From: an uncultured Pseudomonadota bacterium
Lineage (GTDB): Bacteria; Oederibacteriota; Muellerivitia; Muellerivitales; Muellerivitaceae
Direction of reading: 5' to 3'
Length of the DNA: 64,000 nt
NCBI GenBank assembly: GCA_963770835.1
Contig: CAVYRH010000004.1
Location: 166,515 to 230,514 of the forward strand
The position numbers and the translations under genes are program-made. A model generated the notes under the pieces. That model was not told the DNA's origin. It saw nothing but the letters and a program-made list of their open reading frames with translations, and made no database searches. This document shows, in pieces, positions 30,086 through 39,695 of the stretch (positions are counted from its first letter, which is position 1; each line of letters opens with the position of its first letter).

Positions 30086-30568
30086 TTGGAAGCCCCATCT
30101 CAAATGTATAATAAAGGATTTGCCGTGCCTCATGTGATTCTCGACAACTGTATCGGCTGCACCCTTTGCGCGGTGAAATGCCCCACTGAGGCCATTGCCG
30201 GCGAAAAGAAATCCATTTTTCATATTGATCCAGCCCTCTGTATCGACTGTAGCGTGTGTGGTATCTATTGCCCGGTTGAGGCCATCGTGGACGCGCGGGG
30301 GGAGACGGTTAAGAAGATCAAGCCTCTGGAGATCCCCAAGGCCAAGGTGGACCCCGATACCTGTACGGCCTGCGAGTTTTGCGTGGACGTCTGCCCCTTC
30401 GACTGCATTTCCATGCAGCCCCGTAACGACCATCCCGAATTCTTCAAAATCGCGGTGGTGGACGAGAAAAAATGCGTCAGCTGCAAGCTTTGCGAGACTG
30501 TCTGCATCAAGGGCAGCATCACGGTAGCCCGGCCGGCGGAACTGATGAGTTATCAGCCCCACCGCTGA
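30086..30568 (+). CDS. Polyferredoxin, 4x[4Fe-4S] (four CxxCxxCxxxCP motifs). True start may be GTG 30125.
   Basis: CIGCTLCAVKCP, CIDCSVCGIYCP, CTACEFCVDVCP, CVSCKLCETVC. A TATAAT at 30107-30112 would put the transcription start site downstream of the 30086 ATG. Confidence 0.8.
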   Translation: MEAPSQMYNKGFAVPHVILDNCIGCTLCAVKCPTEAIAGEKKSIFHIDPALCIDCSVCGIYCPVEAIVDARGETVKKIKPLEIPKAKVDPDTCTACEFCVDVCPFDCISMQPRNDHPEFFKIAVVDEKKCVSCKLCETVCIKGSITVARPAELMSYQPHR

Positions 30569-30618
30569 GGCAATGAAGCCGCGGATTCAAGGTTGAATTT
30601 CGTAATGTTAAGTCGAGG

Positions 30619-30649
30619 AAACGAACCTCCGGTTCGTTTTCTTTTTTTT
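30619..30649 (+). terminator. Rho-independent terminator after the ferredoxin gene
   Basis: AAACGAACC-TCC-GGTTCGTTT stem-loop, then TCTTTTTTTT. Confidence 0.75.
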
Positions 30650-30757
30650 GCGCCTATTAATCCGCTTTTATGATGCCTGTCATAAAGGGGGAGTATTTAC
30701 ATCCGATAGAGTCGGGACCGGTTCAACCGGCCCGGTGGGATTGAAAGGGGAAGTACC

Positions 30758-31747
30758 ATGGCGGAAGAAGTATTTGACCTCATCATTATCGGTGCCGGAC
30801 CCACGGGGATGTTCGGGGGCTTTTACGCGGGTCTAAGGGGCATGAAATTCAAGATCATCGATTCCATGGAAGCTTTGGGGGGTCAGGTTTCGGCCATGTA
30901 TCCGGAAAAGGACATCTTCGACGTGGCAGGTTTTCCCCGGGTCTCCGGCAAGCGCCTCGTGGCCGACTTGGAGGAGCAATTGATACGCTTCAAACCCCAG
31001 GTGATCTTAGGCGAGAAGGTGCTCAAGCTCAACCGGCGGATGGACAACGTTTTCGAGCTCACCACCGACAAGGGCGGCAAGCATTATTGCAAAGCGGTCG
31101 TCTTGACGCTGGGCATGGGATCCTTCACTCCCAAAAAGCATCCGAACGCCGAGCTTGTTCCCTTCGAGGGCAAGGGCGTGCAATATGGCGTCCTGTCGCT
31201 GGACCCCTTCAAGGGCAAACGCGCCCTGATCGTCGGCGGCGGCGACTCGGCCCTGGACTGGGCGCTCATGCTGGAGCCCATCTGCGACAAGGTCACCCTT
31301 ATCCACCGGCGCGACGAGTTCCGCGCCCACGAGGATTCGGTCAAGAAGCTCAAAGCCTCCAAGGTCGAGATCAAGCTTTGGTACGAGTTGAAGACCGTGC
31401 GGGGCAAGGACAAGGTGCAGGAGGCGGTCATTTATGAAAACCACACCATGGCCGAGGAAGTCCTGCCGATGGACTTCGTGGTGTTGAACTTTGGTTTCCA
31501 GGCCTCCCTTTCCTTCCTCAAGGACTGGGGATTGACCTTGGAAAAGAACAAAATTCCCGTGAACCAGAAAATGGAAACCAACGTGCCTGGCATCTACGCG
31601 GCGGGGGACATCGTGACCCATCCGGGAAAATTGGACCTGATCGCCACGGGCTTTGCCGAGGGCGCTACGGCCGTCAATTTCGCTAAGACCTATATCAACC
31701 CCAACGAAAGGGCCGAACCGGGGCACAGTAGCAGCTTGAAATGGTGA
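30758..31747 (+). CDS. Ferredoxin-NADP+ reductase, thioredoxin-reductase-like type (YumC/Chlorobium FNR family)
   Basis: Two Rossmann motifs (IIGAGPTG, IVGGGDSALD), about 330 aa. Lacks the TrxR CxxC redox pair. Confidence 0.8.
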   Translation: MAEEVFDLIIIGAGPTGMFGGFYAGLRGMKFKIIDSMEALGGQVSAMYPEKDIFDVAGFPRVSGKRLVADLEEQLIRFKPQVILGEKVLKLNRRMDNVFELTTDKGGKHYCKAVVLTLGMGSFTPKKHPNAELVPFEGKGVQYGVLSLDPFKGKRALIVGGGDSALDWALMLEPICDKVTLIHRRDEFRAHEDSVKKLKASKVEIKLWYELKTVRGKDKVQEAVIYENHTMAEEVLPMDFVVLNFGFQASLSFLKDWGLTLEKNKIPVNQKMETNVPGIYAAGDIVTHPGKLDLIATGFAEGATAVNFAKTYINPNERAEPGHSSSLKW

Positions 31748-31812
31748 GACGAAGAGCGAGAAACTAAAACTAATTATCCTCACTTCTATCTCCTAACAAC
31801 AGGGAGGCTCAG

Positions 31813-32577
31813 TTGGCAAACACGGACATTCGAACCCAAAAAGGGCTGGGAGTCACTTTGCGAACCGACAATTGGTTTGGCGAGCCTTTGGCCATCGCGG
31901 CGGGCCTGATCGCCTTCGTTATTTATATGACCTACGCGGCCTTCACCCCCTACGGCCCCGCCGGCCAGGTTTGGTACAAGTGGGGTTCCTATATTTCCCC
32001 GGCTTTCTCCCCTTATATCAATCCCTCCTGGTATAAATGGTCTCCCGCCATCCTCATCCTTTGGGCGCCTGCGGGTTTTCGGGCCACTTGTTATTACTTC
32101 CGTAGGGCCTACTACCGGGCCTTTTTCCAGGACCCACCCGGTTGCGCGGTGGGCGAGGAATCCCGCGAGTACAAGGGTGAGACGGCCTTTCCCTTTATCC
32201 TGCAAAACCTACACCGTTATTTCCTTTATTTCGCCATTCTGCTAGTCATCAATCACTGGTTTGATTTGGCTGTGTCCTTCACCAAGGAGGGACCAAAGGA
32301 TTATTACGTCGGGATGGGCACGGTTGTTTTGGCGATTGATACGGTGCTTTTGACCCTTTATGTGGGAAGCTGCCACGCTTGGCGCCACTTGATAGGCGGT
32401 AAAGAGGACTGCTTTTCCGCCTGCCCTTCCTACCGCTACAAAATCTGGTGCCAGGTTTCCAAGTTCAATGAGAAACACGGCCTTTGGGCCTGGTTGTCCC
32501 TTTTCACCGTGGGCTTCGCGGACCTCTATGTGCGCATGGTGGCCATGGGCATTTGGACGGACATCAAGATATTTTAA
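31813..32577 (+). CDS. sdhC: Succinate dehydrogenase/fumarate reductase cytochrome b membrane anchor (single-subunit, type-B-like)
   Basis: 254 aa with 5 predicted TM helices and conserved His residues. Immediately upstream of sdhA. TTG start after AGGGAGG. Confidence 0.65.
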   Translation: MANTDIRTQKGLGVTLRTDNWFGEPLAIAAGLIAFVIYMTYAAFTPYGPAGQVWYKWGSYISPAFSPYINPSWYKWSPAILILWAPAGFRATCYYFRRAYYRAFFQDPPGCAVGEESREYKGETAFPFILQNLHRYFLYFAILLVINHWFDLAVSFTKEGPKDYYVGMGTVVLAIDTVLLTLYVGSCHAWRHLIGGKEDCFSACPSYRYKIWCQVSKFNEKHGLWAWLSLFTVGFADLYVRMVAMGIWTDIKIF

Positions 32578-32661
32578 AAATACTCGCCGCAAAGACGCAG
32601 GGGCACAGAGTAAAGGAAAAGATTTTTTTAATCGGTTTCTTTCGCCGCTCCCTGTGTTCCT

Positions 32662-34578
32662 GTGCCTCTGTGGCGAGAATCTTTCGAGGTGACGAGTTTG
32701 AGCGATAACTACCAAAGTTTCGAATACGACGTTCTCGTGATCGGCGCCGGTGGGGCGGGCTTGCGCGCCGCCATCGAGGCCTCAGCGGCGGGATGCAAGA
32801 CCGGCCTGGTCTGCAAATCCCTCCTGGGAAAGGCCCACACGGTCATGGCCGAGGGCGGCATCGCGGCGGCCCTGGCCACGGTGGATTCGCGGGATTCCTG
32901 GAAACAGCACTTCTGCGACACTTTGATCGGCGGCAACTTCGCCAACCACTGGAAGATGGCGGAGATCCACGCCAAGCAGTCGCCGGACCGCGTGCGGGAG
33001 CTGGAAAAATGGGGCGCGGTGTTCGACCGCACCACCGACGGCAAGGGAAACATCAACGTCCGCCATTTCGGCGGGCACACCTACAAGCGCCTGGCCCACG
33101 TTGGCGACCGCACGGGGTTGGAGCTAATCCGCACCCTGCAGGACAAGGGCGTGCATTCCGGCATCGACGTGCACATGGAATGCACCATTTATTCCCTCCT
33201 TAAGGACGGCGACCGCATCGCCGGAGCCTACGGTTATTTCCGTGAAACAGGCCGCCCCGTCCTTTTCAAAGCCAAGTCCATCATTCTTTCCACGGGGGGC
33301 ATCGGAAAACTTTACTCGGTCAATTCCAACTCCTGGGAATGCACAGGCGACGGTTTCGCGCTGGCCTACCTGGCCGAGGCCGAGCTGGCCGACATGGAGT
33401 ACGTTCAGTTCCACCCCACGGGCATGGTCTGGCCCGCTTCGGTCAAGGGCCTCCTTATTACCGAGGGCGTTCGGGGCGAGGGCGGGGTTTTGAAGAACAA
33501 TAAGGGCGAGCGGTTCATGTTCAAGTACATCCCCCCCAAGTACCAGGGCAAGTACGCCGACACCGAGGCCGAAGCCAACGCCTGGTTCCAAAAGGTAGTG
33601 GTGGAGGGCCAGAAGGAAGAAAACGTCAAGGAACGCAAGCCTCCCGAACTCATGAGCCGCGACGTTACGGCGAGAGCCCTTTGGACTGAGATCAAGGAAG
33701 GGCGGGGAACGGAACACGGCGGCGTGTACCTGGATATCGCCTCCCGCCGGACCCCCGAGGACATCAAGAAAAAACTCCCTTCCATGTACCACCAGTTCAA
33801 GCAGCTGGCGGACGTGGACATCACCAAGGTACCCATGGAAATCGCCCCCACCTGCCATTACATGATGGGCGGCATCAAGGTCGATCCCGAAACCCAGATG
33901 TCCAACGTGCCGGGCCTTTTCGCCGCGGGCGAATGCTCGGCGGGCATGCATGGCAGCAACCGCCTGGGCGGAAATTCCCTTTCCGACCTCGTGGTTTTCG
34001 GCAAACTGGCTGGGGAAAACGCGGCGGCTTTTGCCAAGAAAAACGGCGCCCCGAAGATCAACGATGCCGTCTTCACCGACTTGAACAAGGAAATGAACCG
34101 TCCCTTTGAGAACGTGGGAGGGGAAGTATCCTACGCCATCCTGGCCGACCTCCAGAAGGCTATGGAAAAAGGCGCGGGCATGTACCGGGAAGAAGCTCTG
34201 CTGGAAGGCTGCATCAAGGATTTGGCTTCCCTTCGGGAACGCCTCAAGAAGGTTTCCGCCGAGGGCAACCGCATATTCAACCCCGGCTGGCACGTGGCGC
34301 TGGACTTAAGGAACATGCTCGTCGTGGGCGAAGCCATCGCCCGGGCAGCCAAGGAACGCAAGGAATCCCGCGGGGGCCATACCCGCACCGATTACAGTAC
34401 CTATTCGAAGGATTTCGCCAGGAAGCGCGTGGTTGTGCGCCAGAAGGGCGAGTCCATGGAAGTGGCACAGGAAGACCTACCCCAGGTTCCGGCGGACCTG
34501 GAAGCGGAGCTGGTGAAGGAAGGGTTTTTGAAGGCTGAAATTTTGAAACAAATCCGAGGAGAAGCCCCAGCGCATTAA
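32662..34578 (+). CDS. sdhA: Succinate dehydrogenase/fumarate reductase flavoprotein subunit
   Basis: FAD Rossmann VLVIGAGGAGLRAA, covalent-FAD His region (HTVMAEGG) and active-site Arg/His motifs. The real start may be TTG 32698. Confidence 0.92.
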   Translation: MPLWRESFEVTSLSDNYQSFEYDVLVIGAGGAGLRAAIEASAAGCKTGLVCKSLLGKAHTVMAEGGIAAALATVDSRDSWKQHFCDTLIGGNFANHWKMAEIHAKQSPDRVRELEKWGAVFDRTTDGKGNINVRHFGGHTYKRLAHVGDRTGLELIRTLQDKGVHSGIDVHMECTIYSLLKDGDRIAGAYGYFRETGRPVLFKAKSIILSTGGIGKLYSVNSNSWECTGDGFALAYLAEAELADMEYVQFHPTGMVWPASVKGLLITEGVRGEGGVLKNNKGERFMFKYIPPKYQGKYADTEAEANAWFQKVVVEGQKEENVKERKPPELMSRDVTARALWTEIKEGRGTEHGGVYLDIASRRTPEDIKKKLPSMYHQFKQLADVDITKVPMEIAPTCHYMMGGIKVDPETQMSNVPGLFAAGECSAGMHGSNRLGGNSLSDLVVFGKLAGENAAAFAKKNGAPKINDAVFTDLNKEMNRPFENVGGEVSYAILADLQKAMEKGAGMYREEALLEGCIKDLASLRERLKKVSAEGNRIFNPGWHVALDLRNMLVVGEAIARAAKERKESRGGHTRTDYSTYSKDFARKRVVVRQKGESMEVAQEDLPQVPADLEAELVKEGFLKAEILKQIRGEAPAH

Positions 34579-34609
34579 TTTTTTGGTGTTTTGGCCAGGA
34601 GGTGTTGTT

Positions 34610-35101
34610 ATGGCTTCAAGTTCGCCCCAACCGCCTCCGCTTCGCGTTTGTGAGGTTTGTGGCCAGACAAGCGCACAAAAGATTTGTCCAAATTGCGGGA
34701 CTTCGGCCGCTTTTGTGGGCTGGTTTACCCGCAAGGTAAAAGACAAGATAACAATCATCCTTTTATGGTTAGCATTAATTTTTGCTTGGATCGAATTGTT
34801 CGTCTTGATGAAGGTTGTGCCTACGTTTGCTGACGTATTTGCAAGTTTTGGCGCAAAGTTGCCAGGGCCAACTGTTATTTGGATTCAAATGAGCAATGGA
34901 GTGAAGTTGTTTAATTCTCCTTTTCTTATGTGGATTCCATTTGGGGCGCTTTACCTTTTGATTGTATTTCCATTTGAACGCTTAAGGATTTTTGGTCTCA
35001 AAACGGCAGTTGGGTTGTTTGTTTTTTCAATTTTATTTATTTTTTTTACCATTATTTCGTTGTTCATGCCGATGTTTGAAATAGGGAATGTCGTCAACTA
35101 A
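34610..35101 (+). CDS. Zinc-ribbon plus GspF/PilC-like membrane segment protein inserted between sdhA and sdhB (hypothetical)
   Basis: CEVCGQ...CPNCG zinc ribbon. The TM region VVPTFADVFASFGAKLPGPT resembles the conserved T2SS-F/PilC segment. The 3' two-thirds is AT-rich (about 38% GC). ATG 34610 after AGGAGG. Confidence 0.55.
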   Translation: MASSSPQPPPLRVCEVCGQTSAQKICPNCGTSAAFVGWFTRKVKDKITIILLWLALIFAWIELFVLMKVVPTFADVFASFGAKLPGPTVIWIQMSNGVKLFNSPFLMWIPFGALYLLIVFPFERLRIFGLKTAVGLFVFSILFIFFTIISLFMPMFEIGNVVN

Positions 35102-35114
35102 AGGGTGGTATGAA

Positions 35115-35846
35115 ATGTCCAACATTCACATGAGGGTCTACCGGGGCAACTCGGAGGGCGGACAACTCAAAGACTACAACGTCGAAGTGGACGAAGGCAT
35201 GGTGGTCTTGGACGCCATCCACCGACTCCAGGCCACCCAATCCTCCGACCTCGCCTGCCGCTGGAACTGCAAGGCCGGCAAGTGCGGAAGCTGCTCGGCG
35301 GAAATCAACGGTAAACCCCGTCTCATGTGCATGACCCGCCTGAACGAGTTTGAGGAGGGGGAAACTATCACGGTCGCGCCCATGAAAACTTTCCCCCTGA
35401 TGAAGGACTTAGCCACCAATGTTTCCTGGAACTACGAGGTCAACAAGCGCATCCCGCCCTTCACGCCCAAGGACGGGGCCGACTGGCATTGGGAACAAAG
35501 GGACGTGGACCGCATCCAGGAATTCCGCAAATGCATCGAGTGCTTCCTTTGCCAGAACACCTGCCACGTCCTGCGGGAGCACGACAAGAAGACCGCCTTC
35601 GCGGGTCCGCGCTTCTTTGCCCGCATCGCCTCCCTAGAAATGCATCCCATTGACGCCCTGGATCGCACGGGGCTCTTGAAGGACCAGCAGGGCCTGGGGC
35701 TCTGCAACATTACCCGTTGCTGCACCGAGGTCTGTCCCGAGGACATCCACATCACGGATAACGCCATCATTCCCCTGAAAGAACGGGTGGTCGACAAGTA
35801 TTACGACCCCCTAAGGCTCCTTTGGAACAAGGTGTTCGGAAAATAA
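35115..35846 (+). CDS. sdhB: Succinate dehydrogenase/fumarate reductase iron-sulfur subunit
   Basis: 2Fe-2S CRWNCKAGKCGSC, plus CIECFLCQNTC and CTEVCPEDIHI cluster motifs. Confidence 0.9.
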   Translation: MSNIHMRVYRGNSEGGQLKDYNVEVDEGMVVLDAIHRLQATQSSDLACRWNCKAGKCGSCSAEINGKPRLMCMTRLNEFEEGETITVAPMKTFPLMKDLATNVSWNYEVNKRIPPFTPKDGADWHWEQRDVDRIQEFRKCIECFLCQNTCHVLREHDKKTAFAGPRFFARIASLEMHPIDALDRTGLLKDQQGLGLCNITRCCTEVCPEDIHITDNAIIPLKERVVDKYYDPLRLLWNKVFGK

Positions 35847-36133
35847 AAAATTTCAGAAGCCCTGATCTTGAATCGGCCATCCACTGGCGTCCCTGGTCGG
35901 TGGCCATCGTCCTGGCAATCTTCCTCGCTGTTTTTTCCCTCACCGAGTTCAACCTGCTTCAATGGTCTTTTTCAATTGAATTGGGCTGTGCCGTATTGTT
36001 CGTCTCAGCGGGATGGAATATCTACGTCCTGCTGCGGGCTCGATCGGGCGGGAAGCCGGGCTTGAATCCCGAAATCGCCGACGGCCTTCTTCTCGTAGGA
36101 CTGATTTTGGTTTTCCTCGGAGCGTTTTTTTAA
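35822..36133 (+). CDS. Small membrane protein (hypothetical)
   Basis: 103-aa ORF with 3 predicted TM helices. Overlaps the sdhB end. Weak evidence. Confidence 0.3.
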   Translation: MEQGVRKIKNFRSPDLESAIHWRPWSVAIVLAIFLAVFSLTEFNLLQWSFSIELGCAVLFVSAGWNIYVLLRARSGGKPGLNPEIADGLLLVGLILVFLGAFF

Positions 36134-36190
36134 AACGAAGTTTGGGCTTCGTGGCCCTATGGGCGGGACCGGGGAGCCGCCACAGGCGGA

Positions 36191-37501
36191 CTAAACCTTC
36201 GCCGCGTTCAAGTCGGCGCAAAGAATGTAAAAGTCTCCCGTCGGATCCCCTACCACCATGGCCACAGTGACGCAGAGATGGCCGGAATTCATCGATAAGT
36301 AAGGATCGGTGAGGTAGCGATGTTGGGTGGGGGTTGAAAGAAGGGCGTAGTAAATCTCCCTCAATGAGTGATCGCTGCCCTTGGGCGAGGGGTGAAAAAG
36401 GATGCCCTTGCGCTCGGGAATGTGGTATTGACTGCAAAGGGTCTCGGTGACTTGGATTCCCTCAGCGTTCAAAAGATAAAGGCACTCCAGTGATTGGAAA
36501 TGAGGGAAAAGGGAAGGAAGTTCCGCCTCCCAATCCTCAACTGGCTTATTCGGAAGGCAGGCGGCGAGGGCCTCGGCGACCAACGCACAACGGTTTTTCA
36601 GGCCCCGATCCTTATTGGCTTTTCCGGTCATTCGGCGCTTAAACCGGGAGGCCAGGAACTGCATGCGGGATTTTCGGTTGAGCATGAAGATTGTGTTTTT
36701 TTTGTAATTCTTGGAAAAATACCGGCCCTGGACCAAGTCGGTCCCAAACTCCAGGGCCACCAAGGCATCTTCCTCACTCTCGATCCCGCTCGCAACCACC
36801 AAAATGCCCAGCGAATGGGCTCTTTTCAAAATGTTCATGAAAATCGCCTGTTTCTCCTTGCTGTTCGCCAGACCCCGGACCAGGCTTTCCTTCACCTTCA
36901 CCATGTCGGGGTTGAGCCGCAGGAGAATGTCCAGGTGCTGGGGGCTGCTGGTGACATCCTTGAGGGAGACCAGGAAACCGTAACCACGCTGGCTTTCCGC
37001 GAATTTCCATATTGATTGAAAGTCCGCTTGACCTGTAAGGGCGATTTGCACCACGATCCGGCGGGGATCGAGGGACCACTCGGCGGCTTGCCGGAACCAA
37101 TGGCCGGGTTCTTCCAGGGACTCCTCTAAGACGGAAGGTTCGGCATCCATGAACATCAGCAAATGCGGCGCCTGGGACTGGAGGGGGAAAAAAGTTTCAA
37201 GGGAATTTTGTAAGAAAAGGCGTTCCAGGGGCAGCCGAAGGTGGGAATCTGCCACGGTCATGGAACGGAATAGGTCCTCGGGTTCGAATAAACGGCTGGG
37301 GTCATCCGGATCCACGGCCCGGCGAACAGCCTCCAGGCCGATCACGCTCATTTTTTGAACCGATAGGAGGGGTTCGAAAAGGCAAGTGACGCTGCGCTGG
37401 TCTAAAATGTAAAAAGGATGGATGGGATAGGCGGCAACCAAGGCCTCTTCCAAAACTTCGTCCTTGCTTAAATCCTCCAGCTTCGGCAGTTCCAAAATCA
37501 T
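36191..37501 (-). CDS. EAL-domain protein (degenerate, likely non-catalytic) with a C-terminal uncharacterised domain
   Basis: EAL-family features: GLEAVRR (EAL-to-EAV), VKVKESLV, VASGIESEEDALVALEFGTDLVQGRYF. The DDFGTG loop is replaced by KDVTSS. A novel C-terminal domain of about 190 aa follows. Confidence 0.6.
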   Translation of the reverse strand: MILELPKLEDLSKDEVLEEALVAAYPIHPFYILDQRSVTCLFEPLLSVQKMSVIGLEAVRRAVDPDDPSRLFEPEDLFRSMTVADSHLRLPLERLFLQNSLETFFPLQSQAPHLLMFMDAEPSVLEESLEEPGHWFRQAAEWSLDPRRIVVQIALTGQADFQSIWKFAESQRGYGFLVSLKDVTSSPQHLDILLRLNPDMVKVKESLVRGLANSKEKQAIFMNILKRAHSLGILVVASGIESEEDALVALEFGTDLVQGRYFSKNYKKNTIFMLNRKSRMQFLASRFKRRMTGKANKDRGLKNRCALVAEALAACLPNKPVEDWEAELPSLFPHFQSLECLYLLNAEGIQVTETLCSQYHIPERKGILFHPSPKGSDHSLREIYYALLSTPTQHRYLTDPYLSMNSGHLCVTVAMVVGDPTGDFYILCADLNAAKV

Positions 37502-37949
37502 GTCTCAACCTCCCCGATCCTTCGTTAAGCTGACCCAGGGCTTGAATGTGCAATGGATATGCCAAGAAAAACATTATGAAGAAATCGTTTGTCGGATCTT
37601 CAACGAGGACAATTCCGTGGATCCCAAAGGACCGTGAAGTTTGCGGAGTTTAAAATTTTGAAAGTAAAATCGTTTGGCTTGTCGGAAAGGAAACAATGAA
37701 GGGATTTTTCATAAAACTGAAACGTTATCAGAGGAAATTATTCAAGATTTGAAAAGATTTTAGGCGGGCCGCCGAATATTTATACATCCGTCAGATTAAT
37801 TCGCCTAGGAAGCGGCTGAATTATAGGTCTATTTGTTCCACCCCGTGACGGGAAATCGGGAACAGGCTGAAATTTTTTAATATTAAAATTTGGACCGAAA
37901 AAATTTTGAAGAAAACCCTAGTGAGTCTTCCGGGGGATTTTAAATCCGG

Positions 37950-39230
37950 CTAAGGGCGGAGGTTGGCTCCGGACCGGTAAACCGAAATACTCCTCAATGG
38001 TTTGCCATCCTTGTAAAAAATAACAAAATACTTCCCGATGGGCATGTCCCGTCCCTGGTTGTCCTTACCGTCCCAAGTCACCCAACTTTCCCCTTCACCA
38101 ACGATCTTCTTATCAAAAATCAGCCGCAAGGGATCGCCCCTTTCGTTCACTACCTCAAGTTGGTATCGCCCGGCGCCGTCCTCAAAGGTCACGTAAATCT
38201 CGACCGGGGGGGTTTGAAAAACAATGGCTTGCGCCTTCACCAAGGGGAGAAGCCAGGTGGGGATGGGCGTGGGTTTTGGTGGGACGGGCGGCGGAACGGG
38301 CGTCCAAAGGGCGTGGTGTAGGGGAGTCCAAGTGGGGGTGGGACGCACCCAAACGTAAGTAGATGTGGGTCGGACCCTCACCCGCCGCACTGTGGGGACC
38401 GCCCGCACCGGCCTGGGGGTCGGAAGGGGTGTCGGGGTAGCGCGGCGCCGGGGCCGGAGGGTAGGCGTAGGAGAAGGTGGCAAAGGCGTTGGAGTCCATG
38501 TTGGAATCGCTGTTGGAATGAAGGTGGGCGTGAAAGTCTTGGTAGGGGTGAAAACTACGATGGGCGTCGCGGTGGGAACCCAAGCGGGCAGTTGGGCGAT
38601 CTGGCGCCAATAAAGGATGCCGCAGGCGCTGGTGGGCCCCGACCCAACGGCGGCACCGTCATAGGAAACATAGTGAATGACGAAGCCGGTTAAGGCGTCG
38701 GTGATCTGGGCGCAAGTCCATGTAGTGGTGGTGACAGGCTCTCCGGTCAGGGTGAAGGGATTGGAAGCCGGGTTGTAATTCAAATCCGTCCAGCTATTTC
38801 CCCGGGGGTCCACAGGCGGTGGAGCGCCTAGGCCACATTTGGAACCCCCCGTGGGGTCCCAATAAAGGGAAACCCCCGACTTGGCGGGGTTTTCATTGTT
38901 AACCACGAAAGGTTTGCCGCCCGCGCAGTCCACCTCCAACTCCCAGGAGCTGAAAACCAGCACGGGATTGACGTTGGTGGTCTTAAGGGCCAGGCAAACC
39001 TGGGGGCCCCTGAGCATGGGAAGGGGGACATCCACGCACAAACTTTCCGGTTTGCAGCCGGTGCTCAGGTTGCAATAATCCTTGGAGCCCAGGAAGGATC
39101 CGTTCAACCAAACCAAGGTGGTGTCGTCACCCGACACGCAAACCCGAGCGCTGACCGGCGCGCATTGGCCCAAAACGTAAAGAGGCCGCATCAGGCCTGT
39201 AAGAAGGACAATCCATAGGAATTTTTTCAC
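37950..39230 (-). CDS. Secreted surface protein with Cys-rich N-domain, PT linker and FlgD-Ig/T9SS-CTD-like C-terminus. Paralog of the giant proteins.
   Basis: GTG 39230 after an AAGGGGA ribosome-binding site. Signal peptide KKFLWIVLLTGLMRPLYVLG. PT array, then C-terminal VNERGDPLRLIF...WDGKDNQGRDMPIGKYFV FlgD-Ig motif. Confidence 0.65.
   Translation of the reverse strand: MKKFLWIVLLTGLMRPLYVLGQCAPVSARVCVSGDDTTLVWLNGSFLGSKDYCNLSTGCKPESLCVDVPLPMLRGPQVCLALKTTNVNPVLVFSSWELEVDCAGGKPFVVNNENPAKSGVSLYWDPTGGSKCGLGAPPPVDPRGNSWTDLNYNPASNPFTLTGEPVTTTTWTCAQITDALTGFVIHYVSYDGAAVGSGPTSACGILYWRQIAQLPAWVPTATPIVVFTPTKTFTPTFIPTAIPTWTPTPLPPSPTPTLRPRRRATPTPLPTPRPVRAVPTVRRVRVRPTSTYVWVRPTPTWTPLHHALWTPVPPPVPPKPTPIPTWLLPLVKAQAIVFQTPPVEIYVTFEDGAGRYQLEVVNERGDPLRLIFDKKIVGEGESWVTWDGKDNQGRDMPIGKYFVIFYKDGKPLRSISVYRSGANLRP
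38261..38594 (-). repeat. Pro/Thr codon tandem-repeat array (PT linker) in the third paralog
   Basis: PTATPIVVFTPTKTFTPTF...PTPTLRPRRRATPTPLPTPRP low-complexity region. Confidence 0.7.
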
Positions 39231-39695
39231 GGGTCCCCTTGGGTGAAGTTCTATTCTATCTGACTGATTCGCGCTGGGAGCTGAAGAAACAAAGAAACGC
39301 TGAAAGTTGTGGCAACTTTGAAAACGCTTCTGCGTTGGGTGTGGATGTTTTGTTTCGTGCGGCTTTGGAAGTAAAAGGGGAAATGAAATGCGGAAACATT
39401 CGAAGGCATCCCTCAAAGTTATCCCCGAAGTTGACGAAGACCCTGGCTTTCAATAATGGAAACGTCGTGTTGTGGTATGTACCAATGGGATGACTGAAAG
39501 CGCCAGGAAAGGAGTCCAAAACCGCTCTAAAAAGTCCACCGGGGCGGTTTAATATTAAGATTGGGTTATTTTCGGCCAAAATCGGGGGCTTTTAACCGGG
39601 GTTATCCATCCGTGTAACTCCACAGAAATCTCCTACCTACATAGTCCTCCCGCCGCATCCGTTAAGCCGCACCATAACCACTCGGGAGGCCATTT

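Noticed and set aside
33124-34293. 389-aa minus-strand ORF inside sdhA
   Set aside because: Antisense high-GC artefact. sdhA conservation is unambiguous on the plus strand.
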